Positions 35,920-47,949 of a stretch of DNA of 64,000 nt are shown piece after piece; the first letter of the stretch is position 1, and each line of letters begins with the position of its first letter. A model generated the notes under the pieces. The model was not told the DNA's origin. It searched no databases and worked only from the letters and a program-made list of their open reading frames with translations. Origin of the DNA: Octopus sinensis (Eukaryota); contig NC_042997.1 in NCBI RefSeq assembly GCF_006345805.1, positions 31,434,001 to 31,498,000 on the forward strand, written 5' to 3'. Both the position numbers and the translations under genes were made by a program.

Positions 35920-36184
35920 TCAACCGAACAGCCTGTTGTGAAATTCGCATACATGTGGCTGAGCTCTCCACAGACACTCGCACCCCTCAACGTAGTTCTA
36001 AGGAAGATTCAGCATGACCCAAAATGTGATGAGACTGGTCGTTTTGAATTAGAGGTACAATTTACTTTTGCGAGCTGAGAAGACTTCAGCAACGCTCAAG
36101 GACACAACGCGTAGCCGGAAATCGAACCCACGACTAAACGATCGTGAGTCGAATACTCTAACCATTAAGCCACGCGCCTTCACA
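35920..36184 (-). mobile_element. SINE family C-like copy
   Basis: Minus strand GTGAAGGCGCGTGGCTTAATGGTTAGAGTATTCGACTCACGATCG...GGGTTCGATTTCCGG tRNA-like head. Confidence 0.7.
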
Positions 36185-36337
36185 GTAGCAATAGTAGTGG
36201 TGTTTACACTGACAGTATTGTTGTTGCTGATGTTGTTGTCGTTATTGAAACTGCAGTTTAGCCCTTGGCGAACACTGATCCCCGGACATTCCTACCGTAA
36301 TCATCCAATGTTTACCTCTTTCTTTTTGCTTTTTTTT

Positions 36338-36515
36338 TTACTTGCTTGTCTGCGGCCATGCTGGAGCACCACCTTTAGTCGAAGAAATTTTCCCAGGCCT
36401 TATTCTTTATAACCTGGTACTTATTCCATCGAGGGCTTTTGACGAACGGTTAAGTTACGGGAACATAATAATACCAGCATCGGTAATCAAGTGAGAGGGA
36501 AGGGGACAAACACAC

Positions 36516-36581
<66 letters not shown>

Positions 36582-36655
36582 GAAAGGCTTCTTTCACTTT
36601 CCGGACTGGACCCAGAACTATGTGGTTAGGAAGCAGGATTTTTACCACACAGCCA
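36338..36655 (-). mobile_element. SINE family A, diverged, with internal (CA)n
   Basis: CTGCGGCCATGCTGGAGCACC...GAAAGGCTTCTTTCA...TTACCACACAGCC. Confidence 0.7.
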
Positions 36656-36879
36656 TATAAAATCCAGAACTACCTTATCCGTTTCTAACACAATGCTGGT
36701 CAAGAGGTGTTTTGAGGGATAATCGGCTGTTATTTATAGCAGTTCAAATCATTACGTGGAGCCTCCTTCGTTGATTGTGGGTTGATTAGATGCGGTGATA
36801 GTATTGGTGAGGTTTGCACTAGAACTAGGGGTGCTGCTGGGAGAGCCGTAAGGGTGGTGGTGACAGTACTGGAAGAGGT

Positions 36880-38241
36880 GGAGGTGGTAGTTATGGTGGC
36901 ATCCGTGAAAGTGATGGTGGGGGAGGAGAAGAAGGAAGACGAGAAGGAAAGGGAGAAGGCGGAAGAGAAGGAGGAACAAAAGGAAGATGACGTGGTGGTG
37001 GTGGTGGTGGTTGCAATCTTGGTGCTTGTGGTTTCGGGGGAATTAGTTGTACTCATGATGATGATGTTAATGGTGATGATGATGACGATGATGATGATGA
37101 TGATGATGATGATAATGATGATGGTGGTGATGATGATGATGATGAGGAGGAGGATGAAGATCACAGTGATGGTGATGGTGGTGATGATGATGATAATGAT
37201 GATGATGACGATGATGGTGTTAATAATGATGATGATGATGAGGAGAAGGGGGATGAAGATGATAGCAGTGATGGTGATGGTGGTGATGATGATGATGACG
37301 ATGACGATGATGATGATGATGATGATGATGATAATGATGAGTGATGATGATGATGATTGACGATGATGGTGTTATAATAATGATGATGATGATGAGAAGG
37401 GGGATGAAGATGATAGCAGTGATGGTGATTGGCGATGATGATGATGATGACGATGACGATGATGATGATGATGATGATGATGATAATGATGATGATGATG
37501 ATGATGATGACGATGATGGTGTTAATAATAATGATGATGATGATGAGAAGGGGGATGAAGATGATAGCAGTGATGGTGATGGTGGTGATGATGATGATGA
37601 CGATGACGATGATGATGATGATGATGATGATGATAATGATGATGATGATGATGATGATTCGAATGCTGCTGCTGCTGATATTGACGATTATGATAATGAT
37701 GATGATGATGATGATGATGACATTTATGGTATTGGCAGTGGTTCTTGTAACGATGATGCCATACGACTGTTCTACTGCTGCTGCTGCTGCTGTTGTTAAT
37801 GATGGTGATGATGCTGATAATTACTGAAGAGCGATAATGTGAGTCATGCCGCTCCTGGTGGCGTTCGTGTGTTGTTGATTGTCCCCTGGTGCTGCTGGTA
37901 TTACTGTTGGTTCGGGTGTTAAGAAGGGGCCAGATTAGGAAGCTTGAAACAATCCCCAGCCACGACTTTGACGATAAGAAGACGACGAAAACCAGACTAC
38001 AGCGACATCTACAAATGATGGCGATTGTGTGGTGTGATAGCGATGGAGGCTATACAGTGGTAGTGATGCAGATGATGGTGGCGGATACGATGGTGTGGAT
38101 GATGGAGGTCGTGGCGGAGGCAGTGGTGGTCGTGGTGGTACTGAAGGCTCTGTCATTCCCGGTTGTAATGGCGGGCAGTGGTGGTGATAATGATGATGTC
38201 GACGACGACGATGATGACTACGATGAATATGATGTTGGTGT

Positions 38242-38273
<32 letters not shown>

Positions 38274-38290
38274 TGATGATGATAAGAAGG
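36880..38290. repeat. Long (GAT/GGT)n trinucleotide field with higher-order repeats
   Basis: Recurrent GAG(A/G)AG(G/A)GGG(G)ATGAAGAT...CAGTGATGGTGAT units at about 37145, 37240, 37393 and 37545. Confidence 0.9.
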
Positions 38291-38338
38291 ATGACGAAGA
38301 AAAGGAAGAAGAGACGGAAAAATGGTGGAGTAGGTAAA

Positions 38339-38373
<35 letters not shown>

Positions 38374-38447
38374 AGTCGATGAGATGGAGAATGTGAAAGA
38401 GGAGGATAATCATAGTGACATTCGTAGTGATGAGTTACTCTCTCTCT

Positions 38448-38507
38448 CTCTTTACTTGTTTCACTGCGGCCATGCTGGAGCACCGCCTTTAGTCGAGCAA
38501 ATCGACC
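38448..38507 (-). mobile_element. SINE family A tail, cut by the assembly gap
   Basis: TTTACTTGTTTCACTGCGGCCATGCTGGAGCACCGCCTTTAGTCGAGCAAATCGACC followed by Ns. Confidence 0.8.
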
Positions 38508-38607
38508 NNNNNNNNNNNNNNNNNNNNNNNNNNNNNNNNNNNNNNNNNNNNNNNNNNNNNNNNNNNNNNNNNNNNNNNNNNNNNNNNNNNNNNNNNNNNN
38601 NNNNNNN
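38508..38607. other. Assembly gap (exactly 100 N)
   Basis: Run of N. Confidence 1.
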
Positions 38608-39238
38608 CTCAGCATTTCACCATAACACATCTTTCATTATACGCATTGACACACACACACACACTCGCATATATATAATATTATTATTATTATTATATGA
38701 TTGAACGCTACGCATCCAAGTAAGTTTTATCGTAATAATTCTGATGCTACACTTTCTATATATATTCAATTCTATTCAATTACTATTTCGTTTTCTCTCT
38801 TCTACTACTCTATTATTCTATCACTCTTTCGTTTTCTCTCTTCTTCTCTCTAATTCATTTTACCTCCATTCTCAGCCTCTCGTTTTTCTCTCTTTTATCC
38901 TTTCTCTAATTTTTTTCTCTCCCCTTCGCCGTTCTCTGTCTGTCACTTTCTCTCCCTCACTCTTCCTCCTTTGCTCTCTCGTAGCTTCCACGTGACCATA
39001 GGCCATCTTTCTTTCCCTAACTTGTGTTTCTTTCCTCCGGATACAGCTGGACGAATTCTTGTCTGTCTCCTGTCGAAGCTTCTTTCTTCGCGTTCGCTAC
39101 CTCACTTCGTTTAGGTTTAGCAACACTTCCTGTATGTTTTCATTGTCCTGTTTTTGTTACCAATTTTGACCCTCTGCAAAATCCCAAATATTATTTAATT
39201 TGCTTTGCGGGAGCAACTGTTTTATCGTAGGCATATCT

Positions 39239-39498
39239 TGTCGTGAAATGCTCGAAATACGGATTAGAAAAACAGCCGACAACTGACGAAGAGTCATTCT
39301 TTATGTTGCGTGTCTTGTTTTCCATTTGCTTCCTTCGTTGTTCGCCAAAAAAAAAAAAATGTTCATATTCCATCTATTCTTATTTCGTATTCCATATTTT
39401 CGTATTTTTTGTTGTTTACGTTTTGTGACGTCCTGTGCCCACATATGCATATGTATATACGTATATATGTAAGTATGTATATATACATGTGGATATAT

Positions 39499-39567
<69 letters not shown>

Positions 39568-39745
39568 CATGCATATATAGGTACAGGACGTCACCAACAA
39601 TAAATGACATGAAATCTGAAAGCAAATGCGTTCAATACGCAAACAACGAGAGAAACAAATGGAAAACAGGACAAGTAACATAAAGAACGAGCCTTCATCA
39701 GTTGTCAGCTATGTTTCCATTCCTTATTTTGAGCATTGAACGACA
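39239..39745. repeat. Fold-back element with (TA)/(CA)n microsatellite at its centre
   Basis: Arms share TGTCGT..AATGCTC.AAATA.GGA...GACAACTGA(C/T)GAAG...TTTATGTT...TGTTTTCCATTTG...GTGACGTCCTGT. Confidence 0.8.
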
Positions 39746-40907
39746 GTATCAGTCTTTGAAGACAGTTGCTCCCATAAATACCAAAATAAAATTTGGGATT
39801 TATGGAGGGTCAAAGTTGGGAATAAAAACAGGACAGCGGAGACATACAAGGAAACCGAACGAAAACAAACATGGAGGGTCATTAGACCTACCTTCGTTCT
39901 GGTCTAACCTATGGTTTGTATATGACAGACGGAAACTGCGTGGAAACTCATCAAGGGGACCTTCCTGTTTCTGGGCCTGGTTTTTAGACTTGATCCAACA
40001 TCCGGTTTAACATCACATTTTGGTACTAGTGTGTCATCAACAGACTCCAGTATGTCGTATTTGGTCCGAGTCTCTGTTATGAGAATAACTTCCTTCATTC
40101 ATCCCACTCGTCACAGAGATTCTGAAAAGAATCTTGGACACTTCGATTTTTTCACAAAGCAAAGGATGACTAAACTCACACCTACAATTTCGGTGATGTT
40201 TGAACTAAACGTGAAGAAATTCTCTAAATCCATATAAAAGTTCTTCCCATAAATAAAGCGGTTTAAACATTAAGATCAAACTAGTAATTTAATATAAGGT
40301 GTTTGCCTATGAGTATATCAAAGATAGTCCCTGATCTTTTTTCCAGGCGAAAAACAATCGCATCTTGTCGCACTCATTTTTGTTTTTAATATAAAATTCG
40401 GTACTCAGAATTATCACTCAGTTCTTTACTCCAAGCGGCCTAAGCATATACATATGAACTGGTAAACCCAGGGCTATTATATTAAACTCTTAGCTTAGAG
40501 AGGTACCAACGAATGTTCTTGTACCAACGAATGTTCTTGTAGAATACTACTGGTACCAAGAAAGAGATACCCATCCGTTTACAAAATCATTCGTACATAA
40601 AACTTTCAGGCCACGTGTGTGGCCTGAAAGTATATATTTTCTGCTACAATCACTTGATTTAAAGAAGAAATTCTTCGCTACATAAATGAAGAATATCAGG
40701 AAAAATAAAACAGAAAGAACTGTAAGGAAGAACGGGAATAAAAGAGAAGCATAGGAGCGAAGAATAGCATTAAGACATACTCCTTCACAAACATTGCCAT
40801 CACTATATATTATTAAATATGTAAGATATATTTTGGTCATAAGAAATGTTCGATTAAGTTCAACCATGAAACAGTTTGGAAGAGAATAAAAGCGAAGATA
40901 ATAACAA

Positions 40908-41103
<196 letters not shown>

Positions 41104-41759
41104 TACGGATTTTCAAACTATAAAAGGGGATCCTTGAATCAAAAAACTTTGAATAAAGAAAAAAATTAAATCAAAACACACCGTAATACCTGCCATATTG
41201 AGATAATCTCCAATCTGATAGCTTGGGATTATTAAAGACGAGTTTTCAAATGAAAAGGAAGTGAAAGATTTCAGAAGTGAAGGATTTTTTCTTCTTTTTC
41301 TTTCTTTCATTTTTTTTTTTGCTTTTTGGCTTCTCATATGCGAGAGCCATTTTCTTTTGGCCTTTGTTTCTCTTTCCCTGGTGCTTTCTATTCTGATTTA
41401 TTTATTTATTTATTTATTTGATTTCACCTTCATAAAATCATTGTAATGATTAAAAAATATGATAGAATTACTGTCATGTTGATTATGTGATTCCACATAC
41501 ATACATAAATGCATGACTGTACGCACACACATGTACATATATTCATGCATATTGACACACACACAAACACACACACACACTCACACACAGACGCACAGAC
41601 ATATACTAACATACCAATATACATGCTTATATTTATTAATCAATTGAACGATCTGTCTATCCAGCACATTCCCATTGTCTTTATCAAATTGTCACGTTTA
41701 TGTATTCATACATACAATAACTAGAGAACACACACTTAAGAGTAAGAAGATATATACAT

Positions 41760-41855
<96 letters not shown>

Positions 41856-41984
41856 CATATAGGTGACAAGAAACTATTCGGACAGTAGGTGATACAAAAA
41901 GAGGACAGGAATAAAAAGGACGGGTCTTTCGGAGGTTTCAATCTTCAGTCAGAGAAACAGATCGTCTTTGCAGTTTTGGTCTCG

Positions 41985-42061
<77 letters not shown>

Positions 42062-42067
42062 TGATAT

Positions 42068-42099
<32 letters not shown>

Positions 42100-43000
42100 A
42101 TATATATACATGTATACATATATTTCATATATTATGAATGGATTTGTGTATGCATGCATATATACGTTATGTATAATATATATACAGATATGTATATATA
42201 TTCATATTTAGATAGATATGTACAAACTTACATATAGATGTAGATATATATGAACATAAACACACAAACACACAGAATGTCAGTTCAAAGATTGTCTGTA
42301 AGACATTGCTGCATTAGAGAAGTCTGTGACATTACTCAAACACAATGGAAGCACATGTGGTTTCATCCTTCCTTAATATGTCTAATGTGTAGCCATTGGC
42401 GCTTTCTATGAAGCTAAACTTTCCTTTCAATATATTCCAACGTCTAACGAAATATATTTCCTTCTCAGATGTAAACTCCAAAGCCATCGAAATATATTTA
42501 ACAGACACAATTCTAAAAGCTAGAAAGTTGTTTAACCAACACAGGCTTAATTTATTCTACTAATAATCTGAAAACTCCATTCCAAATAATCCAGAAAAAC
42601 CGAGGTGAGATTGTCATATATAAATAATGCTAACTTATACAAAGCAGAAGCTACTTCCATCATACGTACGCAAGAGGTGACACAAATTTCACATTGTCGT
42701 GACTAAATGAAGGTTCAAACAGAGATACTACAATCATGTTCCCTCTTTAGATAAGAGAAGTGTGATAAAGTCAACCGACTACGACTAGTGGTTAAGATAA
42801 ACGCTGACACATCAAATAAAGTTTCATGAAATATAAAATCCTGAAAACACTACATATTAAAGAAGACTGTTTTGCATAAAAATCGCCACAACGATTATCT
42901 TCGGTGAAGAATTAGACCATAATTTCGAAAGTCTTCTAAAAATGTCTTTCGAAAAGCTGATTATATCAGTTTCATCTGATTATTAGATACACATAATCAT

Positions 43001-43106
<106 letters not shown>

Positions 43107-43369
43107 GTCCGTCTGTCTGTCTGCCTGTCTTTCTTCTGTGTGTGTGTGTAATTAAGGCCTCCAAATTATTACAGACATTAATCTCACTCAAGTCGATTTT
43201 TTGGATGCTTCTCTAGACCTGTCCTCTCATAAGCCCATTTATACCCACTTATAGTGTTTAAGGATGCCTAATATCTCCTCTACTTGGGAAATATTTGATA
43301 AGGTAGCCTCTTACCATAATAAAACCCTGGCTAAGAGTGATAGTAAAGAAACAAAAACATGAAAATTAA

Positions 43370-43900
43370 AAATAGACCCAGGAAGATTATATGGTTTCCC
43401 CCACCTTCTCTTTGAATATAAATACTAACGTAAGTTGAAAAGCCCTGGCTTTAATAGCATTTCCCAGTTAACTACAAGTACAGGAAAATTTTTAATAGCC
43501 GTTCTGTGAAAATTTCACACAGCTGCTACCTCAATATGAAACACTGTAGGTTATAAGTGTTGAGATCCAACAACTTGCCCACTGGATCAGGCATGCACGA
43601 TCAGATCCGTGCTGTATGAAGCTGAGGTCACAGTTGTGCGCCAAATAAGGAAACCCAAAAGAACAAAGTAATTAAAAAAGAAAGATGCGCAAACCACCAG
43701 TTCTCTTTTCGACACGTTTATAAGAAGAAAGCCACAAAGTTAGCAAGTCATATCTGGGAACTCAAGGCCAACTGTTCACGTTAAACCTTCAAATGAATTA
43801 TCGTGGAGAGAACTTCGCTTAACGTTAATGTATCAATGAGAGCCAGGCTTTATTTAATCGAAAGATGCTAGATTTGTTTTAGATATAAGAATGCTACAGA
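43370..43900 (+). pseudogene. Penelope-like element relic (linker and GIY-YIG endonuclease); may extend upstream to about 42300
   Basis: Decayed peptides KIIWF-PPFSLNINTNV, RKIFNSRSVKISHSCYLNM, CPLDQACTIRSVLYEAEVT and HQFSFRHVYKKKATKLASHIWELK resemble PLE linker and GIY-YIG motifs. Confidence 0.65.
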
Positions 43901-43989
43901 CTTACTACATTACAAATTTGAAAATTTTATTAAATGTAGACAATTTTTTTTGTTTTTTAACTGGAGGACAAGATTATCTCCGGATTAAG

Positions 43990-44420
43990 AATGCACTCTC
44001 ACAGAATTTGATATTTTCCCTTATTGATTTAATTTACACTAACCATATCAATTCTGATTTGAACGGGACAAAGAAGTCAACACGGAGCAGAAACCTGTAC
44101 CATGCCAAGCTCATTGTGCAGAATATTCTCAACTCTCTCAGGGCATGCACTAATAGCATTGGCTATTTGATTTTATAGTTAATCGCCTGTCATCCATCAT
44201 TATGTTGTGAACACGATCATGGTGGCAGTTGCAGGACGTTCCGACCCTGGGTAATCTTCATGGCTCTCCTTGCTCTCTTAAATTCAGCTGCCAACAGTTG
44301 GCATTGTTGATAAAGCCGGAGCGTCATCTCCTAATGTAGAAACCATATCAGAATGAATTTCCTTGGGGGTTAAATACTTCTGGAAATGCTTGAGAACACC
44401 AAATTTTGTCCATTTTCAGA
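43990..44420 (-). pseudogene. Mariner transposase N-terminal relic
   Basis: MDKI...GVLKHFQKYLTPKEIHSDMVSTLGDDAPALST...EDYPGSERPATAT...VENILHNELGM; HTH region of mariner transposase with stops. Confidence 0.65.
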
Positions 44421-44811
44421 GAAGTCATGACTAGTTACTTTTGAAGTCATCTGTTGTTGGTTTACCTGGAAAGAAACAATACAGTAATTAATAAGAATCA
44501 ATGCATGCAAGATTTCACAACTATAGAATCGATCGTTCATATTCAGCTTATGAATGTTTTATCTCACCTTCGTATGTGTGTGTGTGTATGTGTGTATGTG
44601 TGTTGTGTATCTTTAATTTGGAGTACAATCAAGATGTCTTGTCTTGTAAGCTACTTGTCCATCTCGCTAGGTCTGTTGACACGAAAAATTACCCTGTACA
44701 TGTTGTAAAATGATTAGCGTTAAGAAGGGCATCATGCCAAAAGTTCTCTGATATGTCGAACACTATCAACCCATCAACCCATGTCAGTATGGAAAATGGG
44801 TGCTAAATGAA

Positions 44812-44987
44812 AATGATGATGATGATGATGATGATGATGATAATGACGATGATGATGATGGTGGTGGTGGTGGTGATGATGATGATGGTGGTGGTGGTGA
44901 TTATGATGATGATGGTGGTGGTGGTGGTGGTGGTGATTATGATGATGATGGTGGTGGTGGTGATGATGATGATGATGGTGGTGGTGG

Positions 44988-45018
<31 letters not shown>

Positions 45019-45133
45019 GGTGGTGGTGTGGTGGTGGTGATGATGATGGTGGTGGTGGTGGTGGTGGTGGTGGTGGTGATGATGATGATGATGGTGGTGG
45101 TGGTGATGATGATGATGGTGGTGGTGGTGATGA

Positions 45134-45167
<34 letters not shown>

Positions 45168-45181
45168 GGTGGTGGTGGTGA

Positions 45182-45215
<34 letters not shown>

Positions 45216-45260
45216 GGTGGTGGTGGGTGGTGGTGATTATGATGATGATGGTGGTGGTGG

Positions 45261-45294
<34 letters not shown>

Positions 45295-45345
45295 GGTGGT
45301 GGTGGTGATTATGATGATGATGATGTCGACGACGATGACGGTGGT
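44812..45345. repeat. (GAT)n/(GGT)n compound microsatellite
   Basis: Direct reading of the sequence. Confidence 0.95.
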
Positions 45346-45941
45346 GTATTTCTTAGAAATGTAACGCGTATTTCTCTTTGCCGCTTTTAGTCATACGTCT
45401 TCGTACCAGAATTAGTTCGAAGCTACAACGAAATACCTCAACATCCAACTGTTATGGAGATATTTTGACGAGAAACACAAGTACGCACATTTAGCGTTTA
45501 ATGTAAAGGATACCTTGTGGTGACCATTACTGAAATTTCCAACGGCATTGGCAACATAAATTACGCGAAAATGTATCTTATTGCCAATTTTCGATTAAGA
45601 AAGACAGATATTCTGTGTCCATAGTATACCATAAACGCCACACCAGTACAAAGATACGCAAACACCCTCAGCCGTTACAATACTTGACCTTCTTTTCTCA
45701 GGCAAATGAGCCCATGATTATTCTGTATCTAATATCAACCTGGTGTAATATATACATTTTGTTTCGACAGTAACATGATCGTATAAATTAATGATAAATA
45801 ATGCACAGGTTTTTTTCGTATGACGTAGCTTTTTGTCTCTTTGTTTTATTGTCTTATATGAAACGTAAAAACTACAGTGTACGGTTTTAAGTATCTATCT
45901 ATCTATCTATCAATCTATCTATTATATATATATATATATAT

Positions 45942-46003
<62 letters not shown>

Positions 46004-46026
46004 ACCTATCTATCTATCTATCTATC

Positions 46027-46082
<56 letters not shown>

Positions 46083-46086
46083 CCTA

Positions 46087-46153
<67 letters not shown>

Positions 46154-46488
46154 AACTGCATATATGTATTTACATATGTGTGTACATGTGTGTTTAGAGT
46201 ATGTTGTTGTACAGTTAGAATATCATTACAAAAACTGAGTGAAAACAGGATGCAGCTGTGAAAGAGGAAACGAAAATTTGGGTACACATACGCACACATA
46301 CATATTCCTGTGTGAATGCATAAATAATTGTATGTGTGAGTGCTTGTGCGTGTGTCAGTGTGCACTTATATGTGTTTTCATCGAGTTTATGACAAAGTGA
46401 GAATTCGATAGTTCGAATCCTGTCATGAGCACTTTTTTTTTTGTCTGTGGTTAGCGTAGTTAATCCATAGTAATGTCACAATCTCTTT

Positions 46489-46714
46489 GCGAGCTGGCAG
46501 AAACGTTAGCACGCCGGACTAAATGCGTAGCCGTATTTCGTCTGCCGTTACGTTCTGGGTTCAAATTCCGCCGAGGTCGACTTTGCCTTTCATCCTTTCG
46601 AGGTCGATAAATTAAGTACCAGTTACGCACTGGAGTCGATGTAATCGACTTAATCCGTTTGTCTGTCCTTGTTTGTCCCCTCTGTGTTTAGCCCTTTGTG
46701 GGTAGTAAAGAAAT
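46489..46714 (+). mobile_element. SINE family B; 11-bp TSD overlapping its own head
   Basis: TTTGCGAGCTG at 46486-46496 and 46718-46728. Confidence 0.9.
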
Positions 46715-46982
46715 ACATTTGCGAGCTGTAGAACATGACAGTAGTAGTTATTATTTAATTAAGTTGATTTCTTATCGAGTAAATAGAAGAGTAAAGATTT
46801 TCCAACCGTGCCTATCCCTGTCTTTCGAGGAGGGGAACTATCTCTATCTAGAACATCTATGTTCTTCAGTTTTTAAGACATTCGTGTTGATTGAGGAATT
46901 TTGGTTGCTATTTCTAACAGGTCAGGTGATAATATAAAACTTTTCTCATTGAATATTAGTGGAATCCCCTCTCTCATTTTCT

Positions 46983-47369
46983 TATTTCTTTATTGCCCAC
47001 AACGGGGCAATAAGTCGATTATATCGAACCCAGTGCGTAACTGGTAATTATTTAATCGACCCCGAAAGTATGAAGGGCAAAGTCACCTCGGCTGAATTTG
47101 AACTCAGAACGTAACGGTAGACGGTAGACGGAATACCTATTTCTTTACTACCCACAAGGAACTAAGCAAAGAGAGGACAAACAAGGACATACAAACGGAT
47201 TAAGTCGATTATATCGACCCCAGTGCGTAATTGGTAATTATTTAATCGACCCCGAAAGGATGAAAGGCAAAGTCGACCTCGGCAGAATTTGAACTCAGAA
47301 CGTAGCGGCAGACGAAATACCGCTAGGCATTTCGCCTGGCGTGCTAACGCTACTACCAGCTCGATGCCT
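46983..47369 (-). mobile_element. SINE family B head-to-tail dimer (full unit 47138..47369 plus 5'-truncated unit 46983..47137)
   Basis: Minus-strand junction AAAGAAATA|GGTATTCCGTC; both units carry the variant GATTAAATAATTACCA. Confidence 0.85.
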
Positions 47370-47949
47370 TATCATCTATCATTTTCTGTAATCATCCAGC
47401 TGTTCACAGTAATCCTTGGATGAATAGAATAGTATCTCACTTGGATATGTTCTCTTTTCTCGAAGAAACATTCTCCAAACGCCTGGATTTTCTTTTCATT
47501 TACTTCGCACTCATCGACGCTTTAACACGGCCTTCTCTGTTGTGGGCTGCAGGAATTAGAAAACTAAAAACAGGTATAATGTTTTGAAATTCTATGTTGG
47601 AGTTTTATTTTTACTATATTATGTTAACTACGGAAATTATATTGTAGTAGTGTTGCAAGTAATGAAAAATTTCGACAGTTCGAATATGTTTGGGGCATTC
47701 CCACTTGCTCTTTGCCGTCGAAAATTCTCGTTTTAGGAAATAGTTGGTAATAAATATGAGCAGTAATTTCAAGGCACCCTTTGGCGGAATGGTGCATGCA
47801 TTTCTAGATTCTTGTACTGCAAAAGAGACGACCCTGAGATGACTTTGGAAATATTAATTTCTTTACTGTGAATCTGCCTCAAAATTGATTACATCCCATG
47901 CCGGCTACAACTTGAGTAATATATCATAGTAAACACGCTTCCACTAGAG

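Noticed and set aside
36782-38374. Poly-Met/poly-Asp ORFs resembling acidic biomineralisation proteins
   Set aside because: All three frames are open because (GAT)n has no stops on this strand; no signal peptide, splice context or unique domain.
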